64,000 bases of DNA from a virus. Its lineage: Duplodnaviria; Caudoviricetes. Where the stretch lies: IMG/VR virus record IMGVR_UViG_3300025730_000007, positions 1-64,000 of that record; one strand, 5' to 3'. Every line of letters starts with the position of its first letter. Position 1 is the stretch's first letter. Shown here piece after piece: positions 63,961 through 64,000 of this stretch. A program made the position numbers and the translations under genes. The notes under the pieces are model-generated. The model did no database searches. It saw nothing but the letters and a program-made list of their open reading frames with translations, and was not told the DNA's origin.

Positions 63961-64000
63961 TGGCTGACGAGATCAAGCTCCCCGAGACTGGTATGCACAA
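63960..64000 (+). CDS. Start of next tail gene (truncated)
   Basis: TGATG coupling, MADEIKLPETGMH... Confidence 0.5.
   Translation, partial: MADEIKLPETGMH

Noticed and set aside
1-64000. tRNA/rRNA genes, integrase, lysis cassette, host genes
   Set aside because: No cloverleaf, rRNA, recombinase or clear endolysin/holin motifs were recognised in this window. Host and lifestyle cannot be determined from it.

Overview
This window is part of a high-GC, contractile-tailed (myovirus-like) dsDNA phage genome, with almost all genes on the + strand. Gene order: (1) 1-9.3 kb T4-like replication/recombination operon (family B DNA polymerase truncated at the window edge, putative mediator, SSB, RecA/UvsX, SbcD/SbcC-like nuclease, Holliday junction resolvase); (2) small accessory genes including an ArdC-like protein; (3) a displaced tail-fibre/virion module at 12.7-19.5 kb; (4) more small genes; (5) putative TerS, an adenine methyltransferase, MazG-like protein, a complete 7-deazaguanine DNA-modification cluster (queD, queE, folE, queC, DpdA/TGT-like, ArcS/DUF5591-like), ParB-N protein and TerL; (6) small genes including a stand-alone RNR TSCPD domain; (7) portal, gpF-like head protein with an intein, scaffold, major capsid, HNH, neck, sheath, tube, frameshifting chaperone, tape measure and baseplate. 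Two observations stand out. First, the 303-aa intein has no sense-strand endonuclease, yet its opposite strand carries a fully nested, codon-in-register 277-aa gene with two HTH repeats and a Vsr/DUF559-like PD-(D/E)XK nuclease. The start codon and Shine-Dalgarno of that gene are formed by the reverse complement of the intein's conserved HVYNL motif. Second, an invariant 18-bp quasi-palindrome (CCGCAACACGTATTGCGG) occurs 22 times across the window, at gene junctions, next to promoters and in-frame inside proteins. All family assignments were made by eye from motifs; no database searches were run.
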